Both the position numbers and the translations under genes were made by a program. A stretch of 63,653 nucleotides of DNA, the filler included, from Folioceros fuciformis (lineage: Eukaryota), in NCBI GenBank assembly GCA_049999805.1. It is 7 parts of 7 records of this genome, joined end to end, with 100 filler letters (N's around TTAATTAATTAA, not from the genome) between each part and the next. Parts side by side here need not be neighbours in the genome. Positions count along the whole stretch, not along the records: positions 23,810 to 32,947 come from JBNGIO010005096.1; positions 33,048 to 44,970 come from JBNGIO010005098.1; 5 more parts are not named here. One strand, 5' to 3'. Positions within the stretch are counted from its first letter, which is position 1. Each line of letters begins with the position of its first letter. Of this stretch, positions 24,956 through 35,705 are shown piece by piece. The notes beneath the pieces are model-generated. The model had not been told where the DNA came from. It was given only the letters and a program-made list of their open reading frames with translations, and did not search any database.

Positions 24956-26641
24956 ATGGAGTTGGTTTGCCTAGCCGCACAACTTGACTACAATGAGCGG
25001 TATGGCATCGGGCCTTCCGGAGTAAAGTGGCCCCCTTCACCTCGTGGCCAAAAGAAGGGGAGAGGGCCTCGCTCCCCGAGCCCACCTCCCATAAGAGTAA
25101 TACCTCCTTTGACTCCTCGCTTGGCTTCCAATCCGGCTCAGGAAGAGGTACTGCTGGAGGATGCTACCCCATTCCATAGACCGCCGGAGGATGTTACCCC
25201 GATCCATAGACCGCCAGAGGATGTTACCCCATTCCATAGACCGCTGGAGGATGTTACCCCGTTCCATAGTCCTGGAGAACTTGATTGACGGGGGAATCAT
25301 GGACCTAGAAGCCATGCAGAAGGCTACCTGAACATCCTTTGGGAGGGCCTCACTACCTCCTAATTACAGTTTCTACGCCGTAGTCACTTTGGAGGGGGCT
25401 ACTCGGCGGCCCAAGGGATTATCACCAGTGTGGCAGAAGGGCTTGCATAGTCTTTTGGATCGGTGGCAGCACAAGAGGGCAAAAATATTGCTTTCCGGAG
25501 GAGGATGACTGAGCTAGCTACTCAGTTGTTTGCTCTACAGGAGAAGGTAGTCGGCCACACCACTGAGTTGCAAGAAGAGTCTGCGAGGTACCGAAAGGAG
25601 CAGGGCAAGTACCATCAAGAGTTGACAAACCGAAGTCCTAGGTCATTGAACAAACCACGGACCTGAAGAACCAACTCAAAGAAGCACAAGGGGAGCTTGA
25701 GAGATCGCAAGCCGCAATGGAAGCCATCTATGCCAAGGAGTGACACGCATGGAGGATGCAAGAGTCAAACTCCTTGGCTGCCTGTAGGCAGCATAAGACT
25801 GACCAAGAACACTACCAGAAGGAGTGCAATCGGGCCCTTGAGGTAGAGAATGTAGCCTCGCAAAAAATTGGCCGAGGCAATCCAACAGGTGGAGGAAGTA
25901 CGGGGCAAGTTATGGACCTACCAGACAGTACAGAAGGCTATGCAACAAGAAGTCCAGACATTGAAGGCTGAGCTCTCTCGGACCCAGGAAACCATGCAAA
26001 GCCATGGACAAGTCTGGGAAGAAGAGCACAAATAGTTGGTGGATCGAGTCAATGGGTTCGGGGCAAAGGCAGAGGAGCTGTAGGTGCAACTGGCAGACTT
26101 TGAGACATAGGAGGACCAATGCAAAGTAGCCCTGCTTTGGGCTCAAACGAAAGCTGTGTCTGCCTTGCACCTTCGGGAGTCAACGACGATTACCTTCGCT
26201 GCACTAGAAGAACTCCAGAGGTACATCAACACCAGCGTTGCTCAGCACACCAACTTGTCGTAGGCAAAGTGGCGATCAGAGCACTGAACTCTCCGGAGAA
26301 TGGTAGTCGATGCTATCCAACAATTGGATGACAATCACGCCTTCTTCCACGGGGAGTTACTCCAGGTCTTAACTGAGACAGCAGAGGCTATGGTGGCAGA
26401 ACCATCTGCTGCACCTCTCGTGGGTGAACGAATGGCACCCAGTGGCCCTGATCATCCGTTAGCAGAACCTGTCTCACCGAACCTCCAACTGCTGGTCCGA
26501 TCTCCCCAAGTTGGCACAGCCATTCTGCCAATCGCGATCGGCGGAGCAGAATCTTTGCCGAGACCCACCTCGCCGACGTTGGCATCTCCTACGCCTTCAT
26601 TGCTTGGCCCCACCCTGCCTATGCTGCCCTCGGGTAATTAA
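24956..26641 (+). pseudogene. Degenerate Pro-rich and coiled-coil coding region, probably a TE accessory ORF
   Basis: Chain of broken ORFs (24956, 25463, 25756, 26300) with Q/E/K-rich heptad-like stretches and Pro-rich ends; no domain recognised. Confidence 0.4.
25151..25270 (+). repeat. 30-bp tandem repeat x4 (encodes EDVTPFHRPP)
   Basis: CCGCCGGAGGATGTTACCCCATTCCATAGA-like unit repeated four times. Confidence 0.9.
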
Positions 26642-27229
26642 AGTCGGGTGACAGAAGGCGAGCTAGCTCCTAACAAGACTAGCTTGCCCAGCTCCTAGAC
26701 TAGATAGTATCTTTCTGCATTAATGATTGTTGTTCGGGCTAAAGACTAGGTTCTGTTATAAAAGCCGTACTTGCTCTTGTAGCATGGCCTCGAATCCTTT
26801 CATCCTGACCTTATATTGCTGTCATCACTCTTCTCCACATGCTGCCTTCCTCTCCTTTGCCTGCTGTTCAAGAGGCCCGGAAGTCGAAACCCTCTCCCCT
26901 CCCTACTTGCTGGGCAGATCTCGATCCAGACCCTCACGTTGTCTCGCTAGAGCCTGCTAAGTCTAAACCTCGAGTGCAGGAAACATAGAAGGACCACGAC
27001 GTTTAGGGGACAAATTTGGCAACCTCGACTACAGCAACCCATTTGACACGGCTAATCAAGGTAAGAATTCGATGAACTTTGTTTCCCGGACCATGTCTTG
27101 GCAGATGGTAAGCTACTATCCGATGCGCCTGCCTCCCTGTTATGTTGTCGTACCCACCACCCACCTCCTTGTCTCAATTTCACCCCCCCCCACCTCATCC
27201 CGCTCTGCAGAGTCCGTGTTTGGTGAATC

Positions 27230-30200
27230 TGATGGAAAGTAGGTAGTTAGGGCAGGTTTAGGTTAGTTAAGTATAACAGTTTGAAACCCTAACTGTTCAT
27301 TCACGCCTACAAGACACTCTACTTGTAAGCACCAGTGCGCTTAATCGCTACGCGTTTCTAATCTATTCTAAGATTTCCTATCATGGTATCAAAGCACGCG
27401 TTGATCCCCTGCGTGTGCTAAACTGGCGCATTGCGTGCTTGCAATCGGCTATGGCTGCTCCGGCTTCCCAGACTACTATGGCGTTCTTTATTGAACCGCC
27501 CGCTCTGCCTGTGCTCTTTTTTTTTTTTTAAGATGGCTGGCGTTTTCTCTCTTCTCTTAATTCTGGACGGGACTGCTTAAATCTACTGCTCCTTTGTGTG
27601 CGCAAGTGCCTTCAGGTATTCTGCCTGCAAGAATGCAAGCACATTGTTGTGTCAATAATTTAGTATGCCTGGACAAAGAAAGAGAGAGCACCTAGCTCAA
27701 CGAGCACAGCGCCAGCAGTCTCTTCAGCAGTGGTTGAAGGACAGGTACGAGGAGTACCTGCGCTCCTTGGCACCACACGCTGGCAGCAAGTGTGGTGCAA
27801 AATCTGCATCATTCTTGAACTCATGTATACGAACGTTCTTCAAGGCTTCCCTTTGCTAGACGGGTACGATTGGAGCACGTTTGACATCAGCGATTTATCC
27901 TAAGTATTTACAACACAGAGAGTACCTTTCATTTATGGCTTCCAACTTCCTATAGAAGTGCTTATATTGTGCTTTCAGATCACCTCCGTGACCAGTTTGC
28001 TCAGAAAAATGCACCTTTGTCACACATTCTCTTGGATTAGTACACAAGGCATTTGCTATATCATATTATGCTGGAGTATGATTTGAAAGAACCTGAAGTA
28101 CTTACAGTTACACTGCAGCTATGTCTTGAGCCTTCCCAGGAATTCTCCTGCAAGGCCACATTCGTTCCTCTGGTGGTGTAAGCGCAGCCTGCAAACATGG
28201 CGCAAGTTCTAGCAACTACGCCAAGTCCTTCCCTCACTATACCGAAGGAGGACAAGTTTGACGGGACAAACTTCCATGTATGAAAGTTTAAAATGATAGA
28301 GATCTTCAAGTCGAGGAGATTATGGGAGCATGTGCACGTTGTGGGGACACCACCAATCCCCACACCCAAGCCTCCCAGGACAGCACCACCTGATGAAATT
28401 GCACAATGGGAAGAGCATGATCAGTTAGCACGAACTCTGCTACACTTCAGTGTGAAAAGCACCCAAATTAATGTTTTTCAAGGAGCTGTAGAAACTGCCC
28501 ATGAATGGTGGCAGGAAGTGCTTTCAGTTTATGACTCACGCGACCTAATGCTTCAAACATATATCCTGCAGCAATTTACCAGTTTGAAAATGTCGGAGAA
28601 TGAATCCGTGGACAAGCATGTTCTGGAGTTTAAGACCCTTCAAGGGAAAATGCTGACAGCCGGATTCCATCTCGAAGAGGAGTTTATGGCCGTGTTCTTC
28701 GTCACCACGTTGCCTGAAACTTGGACACGCATAGTGCACGCTCTTCAAGATGTTCCTACACTCACAGTAAACCGTGTCATAGCTGCAATGCTCACAGAGG
28801 AGTCAAGAAGGAGGATAGCAACCACTACGCTATCAAGAAGCCAGGACAAAGCACTGTACCTGAGCAAGCCATTTCGAGGCAGAGGAAGAGGCTGTCCTTT
28901 CCAAAGAGGTCGCGGAGGCAGAGGTGGAAGGGGTGCATTTCGCCCCCAGAACATCGGGGGTGGAAGGCCAAAACCACCCTGCGGATACTGTGGTATTCCC
29001 AATCACACTTGGGAGGTGTGTAGGAAACGGCTGGCTGGAGAGAGCAGCAACTCTTCTGGCCATTTGGCAATGACTATGGGCAAGTACAACCGGGCTTTCT
29101 TGGCTCAGACCCATCCGAGTATGACCAAGGTCCACTCCCAGGAGCAGCCCACATGTTTAGTAGTATCCTGCTATGCTAATCAGGCCGAGACAACATGGTA
29201 TATCAAAAGTGGAGCCTCTCAACACATGACTCCACATGCCTCCTATTTCATAGATTACAAGTTAAGTGTTGAAGCCAGCTTCGTATGTCTCGGCAACGAC
29301 ACCAAGCATAGAATAGAGGGACAAGGCACCATTTTACTTGACCTTGCCCCTGCACAGCATTTATCTATTCCAGATGTCCTATATGTACCTAGTTTGACTA
29401 AAAACCTTGTATATGTGCGGAAAATTGACGAGTTTGGGTGTTTCATGTGCTTCGGAGGCAGCAGATGCATTGTGGAATCACCCAAGGGTGCCTTGCTGGC
29501 AACAGGCCACCTACAGGCAGATGATCTGTATCACCTGGATCTTCAACCAGGTTTAGCAAGCACGTTGAGTACCTCACAACATTACGCACAACCATCACAG
29601 ACCTACCTCTAGCACCTCCGCCTGGGTCATGTGAATTTCAAGAAGCTTCTACAAATGCAGAGAGAGAAGCTTGTCGAAGGACTCAGCCTGGATGTTGTCC
29701 AAGACTTTGGCGTGTGCGAAGCTTGTGTCATGGGGAAGCACAAGAAGGTAGCTTTCCCCGCGGATCCTGCCACAAGGGCCACCAAACCACTCGAGTTAGT
29801 TCATACTGATGTGTGTGGCCCTCTCCCTTGCTCACTTGGAGGCAAGGAGTATTTCCTTACCTTCATCGATGACTTCACTTGGTTTTGCGTGGTGTATTTC
29901 TTACTTCGCAAGTCCGACACATTCTCTTGTTTTGTGGAGTTTCTGCAATGGGCAGAACTGCAGATTGGGCACAAGCTGAAAACCTTGCAATCAAATAATG
30001 GCGGGGAGTATCTGTCCAAGGACTTCAAGGCATTCTGCAAATCCAATGGGATCTCTCGTCAGCTTACTACTCCGTACACCCCTCAGCAAAATAGAATAGC
30101 TGAACATAAGAATTGGGTACTCGAGACTTTTGCCTCCAGCATGCTGCATTATGCAAAGTTGCCCAAACGTTACTGGGCGGAGGCTGTGGGTTACGCTGCT

Positions 30201-32929
30201 TACATTCAAAATCGTATCCCACACAAGGTAGTGAAGGGCACCACTCCGTACGAGCTATGGACGGGAAAGAAGCCAACAATAGCTCATCTTCGTGTCTTTG
30301 GCTCTATGGCATATGCACAAGTGTCCAAGGACGTCCGAAGGAAGTTTGAGCCGAAGTCTCGACCCTGCATCTTTCTGGGGTTCACAAACGGCATTAAAGG
30401 TTACAAGCCAATTAACAAGCAGACTCGTCAGATCATGCATTCTTGTGACGTAGTCTTTGTTGAAGGAGTCGAAGCTTTGCAAACAGCAGGAGCCAATGGG
30501 AGCACAAACCTGTCTTTTTCAGACAGCGACAATGAGCAGGAGGACTTCCTGGTTGGAGACATATCGATTCCACTGCAGCCACCTCACATACCTGCACAGG
30601 TGGCACCGAATGCACAGGTTACAATGCCTCCACAAGCACCACTGAGGACTCAACTACCTCATGTGTAGTCACCTAGCATGCACACACCAGCTAGGACCCC
30701 TGGACGGGCAGTTAGCAACAAGGATATTAGTGGCTCACCTCGGGTCACGTTCAACTTGGACTTCGAAGATGCAGTGTACACGCCTGCATCTGAAACAGTG
30801 CAGTTGAGGAGGAAACCAAAGCACGGGCATCTGGCACCTAGGCGCTCAGCTCGGAAACATCGTCCACCAGATTTTTATGTATCAGAAGACAGCAGACATC
30901 ATAAGTCACATCTGACCTAATACTTAGCTGCAAATACAAGTCTGTATGAGCCATCCACTTATGAGGAGGCTTTAAGTTGTCCAGATGCTGCACAGTGGCA
31001 GCAAGCTATCAATTCCGAGCTAGCATCCTTGTATGAGAACAACACATGGAAACTTGACAGCCTACCTGCAAATAGAAAAGCAGTGGGGTCAAAATGGGTG
31101 TTTAAATTGAAGCTCAAGGCGGATGGTACAATAGCAAGGTACAAAGGAAGGGTGGTAGCAAAGGGGTACTCACAGATACCCGGCATCGACTTTGATGACA
31201 CTTTCAGCCCTGTAGTAAAACTTACTACACTCAGAATGTTCATTGCCCTTGCAGCAGTTAAGAACCTGGAGCTAGAACAGCTCGATGTCACAACCGCCTC
31301 TCTGTATGGCAACCTAGAAGAGGAAATTTTCATGCAAGTTCCTGAAGGAGTCACTGTGCCAGCAGAACTGCCTCGGCCAGTATGCAAATTACAAAAGACC
31401 CTGTATGGGCTCAAGCAAAGCCCTAGGGCTTGGTACTCTCGCATAGACACATACCTAAAGGAGTTAGGCTTTACCAGCATCAATGCAGACAACAACGTGT
31501 ATACTAAGCAAGAAGGTGCGAATTTCCTAGCTCTAGCTATCTACGTGGATGATATTATCATACTGAGTGTTCCTGGAGGATGATTGCCGAGTTGAAGGAG
31601 CACATACACAAGGCCTTCAAGATTACGGATGTAGGAGCTCTCACATTCTGCATAGGCATGCAGCTACAGAGGGACAGGAGTGCTGGCACCATATTCCTGC
31701 ACCAGAACAAATATGTCAACCAAATCCTTGACAGGTATGGCATGACTTATTGCAATCACTCTGCAACCCCTGTCGAGCAGAATGTAAAGTACCTGGCACA
31801 AGATGGCGATGTACCTGAGCAAGACCTGGCTTATGTTGAGGAGTATCCATCGATGAATGGATCTGTAATGCATCTGATGGTGGGCACGAGGCTAGACCTA
31901 GCCTTCAGTTAAGGTCTGTCATCCAGATTTGTTGCCAACCCAAACCGTTCTCACCAAGACCTGCTGAACAGAATATACAGGTACATTGCAGCAACAAAAG
32001 AATGGGGCATCTTATATAGTGCAAAGGCAAAGGATGCTCTCCAGCTGGTGGTTTACAGTGACGCGGACTGGGCTGGGGACCCAGACAGCCACAAGTCCAT
32101 ATTGAGCTATGTCACATTGCTTGCAGGCGGCGCAATTTCCTGGAGCAGCAGAAGGCAAAGCACCATAGCATTATCCTCAACTGAGGTTGAGTACAAAGGC
32201 CTCACGGAGGCGTGCAAAGAAGTGAGAGCTCACTCAGAGTGGGAGCTCTGAGTGAGCTGGGCATACCTCAATCGCTGCCAATTGAGCTCTTCTGTGATAA
32301 CCAGAGCGCCATAGCGATGTCAATGAATCCGAAGTTCCACGCGAGAACAAAGCATATTGAGATTCAGTATCACTATATCAGGGAGACAGCAGCGCAAGGT
32401 ATCGTTCGAATTTCCTACTGTCCTACAAAGCACATGGTTGCAGATATATTGACGAAGGCGCTTGGGAAGGTAAAGCACTATCAACACGCCAACAACATGG
32501 GACTCCGCGCAGTTGGAGCGTCCCTGAGATGGAGCGCAACATCGGATCAGCGAGTTGGGAGCACATCGACAGCAGTGGCGGCGAGTGAAGACTGAAGTGG
32601 AGGCGAAGAATGCTCGAAGGGGTTAGGGCCTAACAAGGTTTTCTTAACCTCCCATCGAGGTTTCTTTTAGTCGAAACGCCTATCGCAAAAAAGTCAAAAA
32701 ACAATTTAATAATTAGCTTTAAGACTATAAACCTAAGACTAAACTAATCACTAACCATTCAACCTAAGTGGGAGTGATGGAAAGTAGGTAGTTAGGGCAG
32801 GTTTATGTTAGTTAAGTACTAACGGTTAGAAACCCTAACAGTTCGTTCACGCCTATAAGACACTCTACCTGTAAGCACCAGTGCGCTTAATCGCTACGCG
32901 TTTCTAATATATTCTAAGATTTCCTATCA
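27230..32929 (+). mobile_element. Complete but pseudogenised Ty1/copia element with 5-bp TSD GAATC
   Basis: LTRs 27230-27383 and 32775-32929 (about 8 substitutions and 1 indel); TSD GAATC at 27225-27229 and 32930-32934; PBS TGGTATCAAAGC at 27384; PPT AAGTGGGAG; gag-PR-INT-RT(YVDD)-RH broken by stops. Confidence 0.96.
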
Positions 32930-33047
32930 GAATCACCTAATGCCTATNNNNNNNNNNNNNNNNNNNNNNNNNNNNNNNNNNNNNNNNNNNNTTAATTAAT
33001 TAANNNNNNNNNNNNNNNNNNNNNNNNNNNNNNNNNNNNNNNNNNNN

Positions 33048-33126
33048 TTCACCTAAGCAAACATACTGTCTACCATCTTCTTCAGTTCGACGATCGACAT
33101 TGACGCACAACACAGAGCAATGGCTG
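33048..33126 (-). pseudogene. Third caspase-domain fragment (catalytic His replaced), running into the gap
   Basis: The minus strand reads HCSVLCVNVDRRTEEDGRQYVCLGE, aligning to DCFLFCVNAHGGTDEDGREYVCSGE of the main gene. Confidence 0.75.
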
Positions 33127-33152
33127 TCTTACAAGGTTAGGGAATGGAATGG

Positions 33153-33750
33153 TTAAGACCAGTGTAGCTTTTTACTAAGTGTGCTGACGAACTGGGGACA
33201 TTGCAATCCCTTCTGCCATCCTTCTTGAGTTTGTTGCCATCTCGCCATGCGCTGGACCTTGCCATGCACTCTTGTTAGAATGCTCACCACATCTTCTGTT
33301 GGATATTGATCAATGATGGCGTTCATGAAAGCTATGATGAAGTTTGGGCCTTTCTTGACATCTCTCAAAGATTCGTCTCTAGGACTGGTGGAGTAAACGG
33401 TGAGAAAGTCGCTCGCATAATACAGGGGTCGAATTCCCTTGCTTGGACCCTGGCTTTCCTCAACGTCTGGGCCCATGGCTTTGCTGCTAGTGGCAAGGTT
33501 GGCGGTGCCTGAACCCTGCGCTTTCACGCTTTTGGCAAGACTGCCAGAGCCTCGACAAACATTTGTGACAACCACCTGAGGCTTGTTTGTCAAATTCCCG
33601 CCTTCAAAATTCAGCGATAGGCTTCGAAATAACTTCTTCAACACGAAGCTTCTCCGCCTTGTTTGCTTCACCTATGCAAACATACTCTCTACCATCTTCT
33701 TCAGTCTCACCATGGCATTAATGCAAAACAGAAAGCTATCGTCATCCCTT
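33153..33750 (-). pseudogene. Second caspase-domain copy (C-terminal p20 half plus full p10), 5'-truncated, two compensating 1-nt indels
   Basis: DDDSFLFCINA(H)GETEEDGREYVC...KPQVVVTNVCRG...DFLTVYSTSPRDESLRD...GPNFIIAFMNAI...EDVVSILTRV...QCPQFVSTLSKKLHWS; clear DNA similarity to 35750-36300. Confidence 0.88.
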
Positions 33751-35705
33751 CCTTTGAACCTTTTTCCTCTGAATGACACTGCCCGTCTGGGTTGCTTCAA
33801 ATCCCACATTATTTGTACCTTGAAAACATACATCATGCCTGCCAAACGGAGAAAAGTCAGATTGCGTATTCGAATGAGAAACAGTCTGTATGTCGTTCTG
33901 AATTGTGTGTGCATCAAAAGGTCTGCCTCCCGGTGGACTCAGGTTAGCTCCGCTATCGTAAACATAAAGGCGAGCACGCCGAAGGATGTAGAGGGCGATT
34001 CTTCGGCAGAGCGCAGGGAAGGAGTACAAAACTAACGTCCACTAACCGTACAAACTATGCAACTCTTCCATTCACACAAACTATGCAATTATCCTATTTA
34101 GTGTGTGCCAAACAAGGAAAGAAAACACAGTTTCATCCTCTCTCGCCACTTTCAGCCTGTTTGGAACCTTTCGTTCTCTTCAATTTCAGCTTGTTTGGAA
34201 CCTTTCGTCCTCTCCACTTTCAGCCTGTTTGGAACCTTTCGTCCAGAGATTGTCTGCTGGACATGGTAGGGCGTAGAAGAAATTCCTCATGCACCTCCTC
34301 ATTTGAGCATGATATGATGCCATTGGCATTGCCCCAGTCATGACTCACGTTAGCCGTCAGTGGAGGGGTCAGGTATGCCATAGGAGCGGGGGCAGTGCAA
34401 GACAGGCCAGAACGAATGGGCCGTTCTGTTGGATGGCTGGCATCCATGTTCCACATCTCTGCCTACAAGAGCTCAGTCACAACACAACACAGCACTGTGC
34501 CTTTGGCCCCGTACATCAGTCAGAAGGAAAGGCAAGTTGGCTTGCTGGCTGGCCAAGTTGACTCACTTCTGCAGTCAGCCAACAGGGCTGCGAATCTGCA
34601 TCTCTGGGGCAACGACTTACACATTACTATTCAGCAAGCCGAAACGAGTGGCACAGCATGGCTAATGAAGCCTCTGCCTACCAACACCGAGATACGCCCC
34701 GTTCACAATTCCCCTTGACATCCTGAACGATCCCGGGAAGAAGAACCTACTTGAAATCAACCTGTGCATTAGGCAAATGGACATTCATCAACGAGAATTT
34801 ACTTGAAATCTGCTTTTGGAGTTCCTGCCAGTTCCGACGGTAACTGCGCAATCGGAAACATAGCTTAACACAGCGCATACCAGGTCGGTCTACTATTTCT
34901 TAGATATGCACCGACAGAGAGATGTCAGATATGTCACTACCAGCAGCTCCCAGTACGATGCAACACTGTACTGTATTCCACTGGTGCTCGGTCGCTCTGG
35001 AGCTTGCCCGGCGCACACGTTTGCTGCGCGATCGCGAGCGTTCTTGGCTGCTGCTGATCGGGACACGCATATTACAGACAGTATGTGTCCATATATGTCG
35101 GTCAGTGTTTAGTGGAAAGAACCCAAGCTTCATTGATAGAGGAAGAGAGAGGAAGGCGTCCAGACCAGTATAAACTATGGCCACAGCACCAAACCCAAAA
35201 CGTACTACCTACCCTAATTCAGTTATGACAAGTCGTGAGCTACCGTTGCGTGCTGCCTAGTATCACTGTGACCCGAAGGCACAAGCTCTCGACGCCAGTT
35301 CAGAGAAGGACATGGTGTACCAGCTTCGCTTTTTCTTGGTCGGGAAGGGAAGACGGAGCATACATTCTAACGCTGGTGTACTGAACAACGTATGTATACA
35401 CCAGAAGTGCAGACCTCAAACTTGGACTTGCTTCTTGAAACCAACACCTCCCAGATCTGTTCGAACACAGCACCATCTTCCCTCCCTACACATGGCCTCC
35501 GCGACGCATCTTCTGTTCAATACCAGGACAGGACCCTGTGAGAGGACGTTCTTGCCGAACCGGGCAGGGAACGGGAGGAGACGTGAGAAGGTCGGAACAA
35601 AAGCAGTTCGACACACCAACAAACAGGCCATACAGTATGTCGCTAGAGAGACACTTGATACCTGACACTTGATGGAAGGCACTACAGGCCCTGACCACAC
35701 GCTCC

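Noticed and set aside
33760-35700. Spacer between caspase copies, examined for a missing p20 N-terminal exon or a partner gene
   Set aside because: No RG..II or R.G...D motif or other domain found; only short CAGCCTGTTTGGAACCTTTCGT repeats at 34150-34240.
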